Shown one piece after another: positions 31,030 to 32,000 of a stretch of 32,000 nucleotides of DNA; positions within the stretch are counted from its first letter, which is position 1; every line of letters begins with the position of its first letter. The DNA is from Mycobacterium leprae TN (GTDB lineage: Bacteria > Actinomycetota > Actinomycetes > Mycobacteriales > Mycobacteriaceae). A program made the position numbers and the translations under genes. The notes under the pieces are model-generated. The model searched no databases, was not told where the DNA came from, and worked only from the letters and a program-made list of their open reading frames with translations. Location of the stretch: contig NC_002677.1 of the NCBI RefSeq assembly GCF_000195855.1, positions 2,550,001 through 2,582,000 of the forward strand, given 5' to 3'.

Positions 31030-32000
31030 TTCACCCTTTACGAGAAGGTAAATATCGCAGGAGCCGTACATGGTCAACTCGAAGTTCGACTACAGGCTCG
31101 CGGTCCGCACCATTAACCATCCACACGCCCGCAATCCCATTATAACTAAAGAATCTGGAACAGTTCGACGCCGCGGAAGGCACCCGAACGGGTTCGCACT
31201 AGCCATTTGCAGCCAATCTAACACCCTGACGCCGCAGAGCGCGGTGGCCACTGAAATAACCCATGCTACTGCGGCCGCCGGAAGCAACCCGGCCACACAG
31301 TGGGCACACCGTAACCGCAACCTTGGCTCCCCCAACAGGTGAAGATCGACCTAGATGGCTCAGATGGGGGTGACAGCCAGGACGCTTGCCTAAGGAAAAA
31401 TTGTCCCGGGAAGGGCTATCCGGGCCAACATCGGCGATGAACTTACGATCACCGTGACGATCCGGCGCGATTATCCGACCTCAGTCCACTGACACGGTGG
31501 TCGCGTTGCCCAACGACATGGACAGCGCCGATCCCGCCATGCCAAGCAGCCCGGGCCAGCCGTGACTTTATTTATCGGTTCTCGGTGCCGAACGTGGGCA
31601 CTTACTGGGCCCATCCGCACACTGGTCTGGACGCTGATACAAAGCCTCTATCTACTAGTTATCGTCTACGATCCAACCAAGCCAGGTAACTACGACGCCT
31701 AATGACCTAATGAATTGTCGTCATGAATGATTAGACGACGGTGTCGGGAAGATCCCACAATAACTCTATGATGATCTAACCTCGCCCAAAAAGTCGAACA
31801 TGACCAAGACCATTCTGACAACGTCGACCATATCATCTGCACCAGCTACAAGCGGTACGAACCCGTCGACCGAAATTCCTGGGTCGCTGGGTAGCTACGT
31901 CGGGAAAAACGACTTGCTCGCCAGTAACGCGGTGCACATCGCCTACCCCTATTACCTGTTCAAAGGACGAATACCGGTGACTAAGAAAACATTCAAAGCG
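31030..32000 (+). pseudogene. Multicopper oxidase pseudogene (Rv0846c/mmcO-like), continues past window end
   Basis: EATRPHSGHTVTATLAP; ELTITVT..RDYPTSVH; YRFSVPNVGTYWAHPHTGLDAD; VIVYDPTKPGNYDA; DWTDGVGKIPQ; VHIAYPYYLFKGRIPVTKKTFK. Copper-ligand TYWAHPHTG retained, frame interrupted repeatedly. Confidence 0.8.

Overview
The window looks like part of the Mycobacterium leprae chromosome. This is inferred from the mix of a few intact mycobacterial genes with long stretches of frame-broken homology. Family and synteny calls come from reading and recall; no database search was run. Seven coding genes look intact: a cold-shock protein (cspB type, -), a short resuscitation-promoting factor (rpfA, +), a helicase-associated protein and XPB/Ercc3 helicase pair (+), fadB and fadA (-), and a thiamine-diphosphate alpha-keto-acid decarboxylase (+). 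One small hypothetical ORF is uncertain. Most of the rest can be read as pseudogenes: a YccF-domain protein, moaA2, moaD2, moaE2, mog, moaC2, a dapC-type aminotransferase, SRPBCC-like proteins, an alpha-methylacyl-CoA racemase (far), an acyl-CoA synthetase, an amidohydrolase and a multicopper oxidase. The most interesting part is an ~8 kb block between the XPB helicase and fadB, where as I recall M. tuberculosis has these genes adjacent. It holds a decayed minus-strand array: an EspR/XRE-like regulator, an ImmA/IrrE (ParH-like) metallopeptidase, a multi-TM protein resembling the MAB_1171c/DUF6545 type, and a CYP102-like cytochrome P450. TetR-like and FAD-monooxygenase-like relics lie nearby. 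Two striking palindromes were found: a perfect 34-bp one at 17712-17745, and an 18-bp-arm hairpin inside rpfA at 5100-5137. rpfA also appears to have lost its C-terminus to an in-frame stop.
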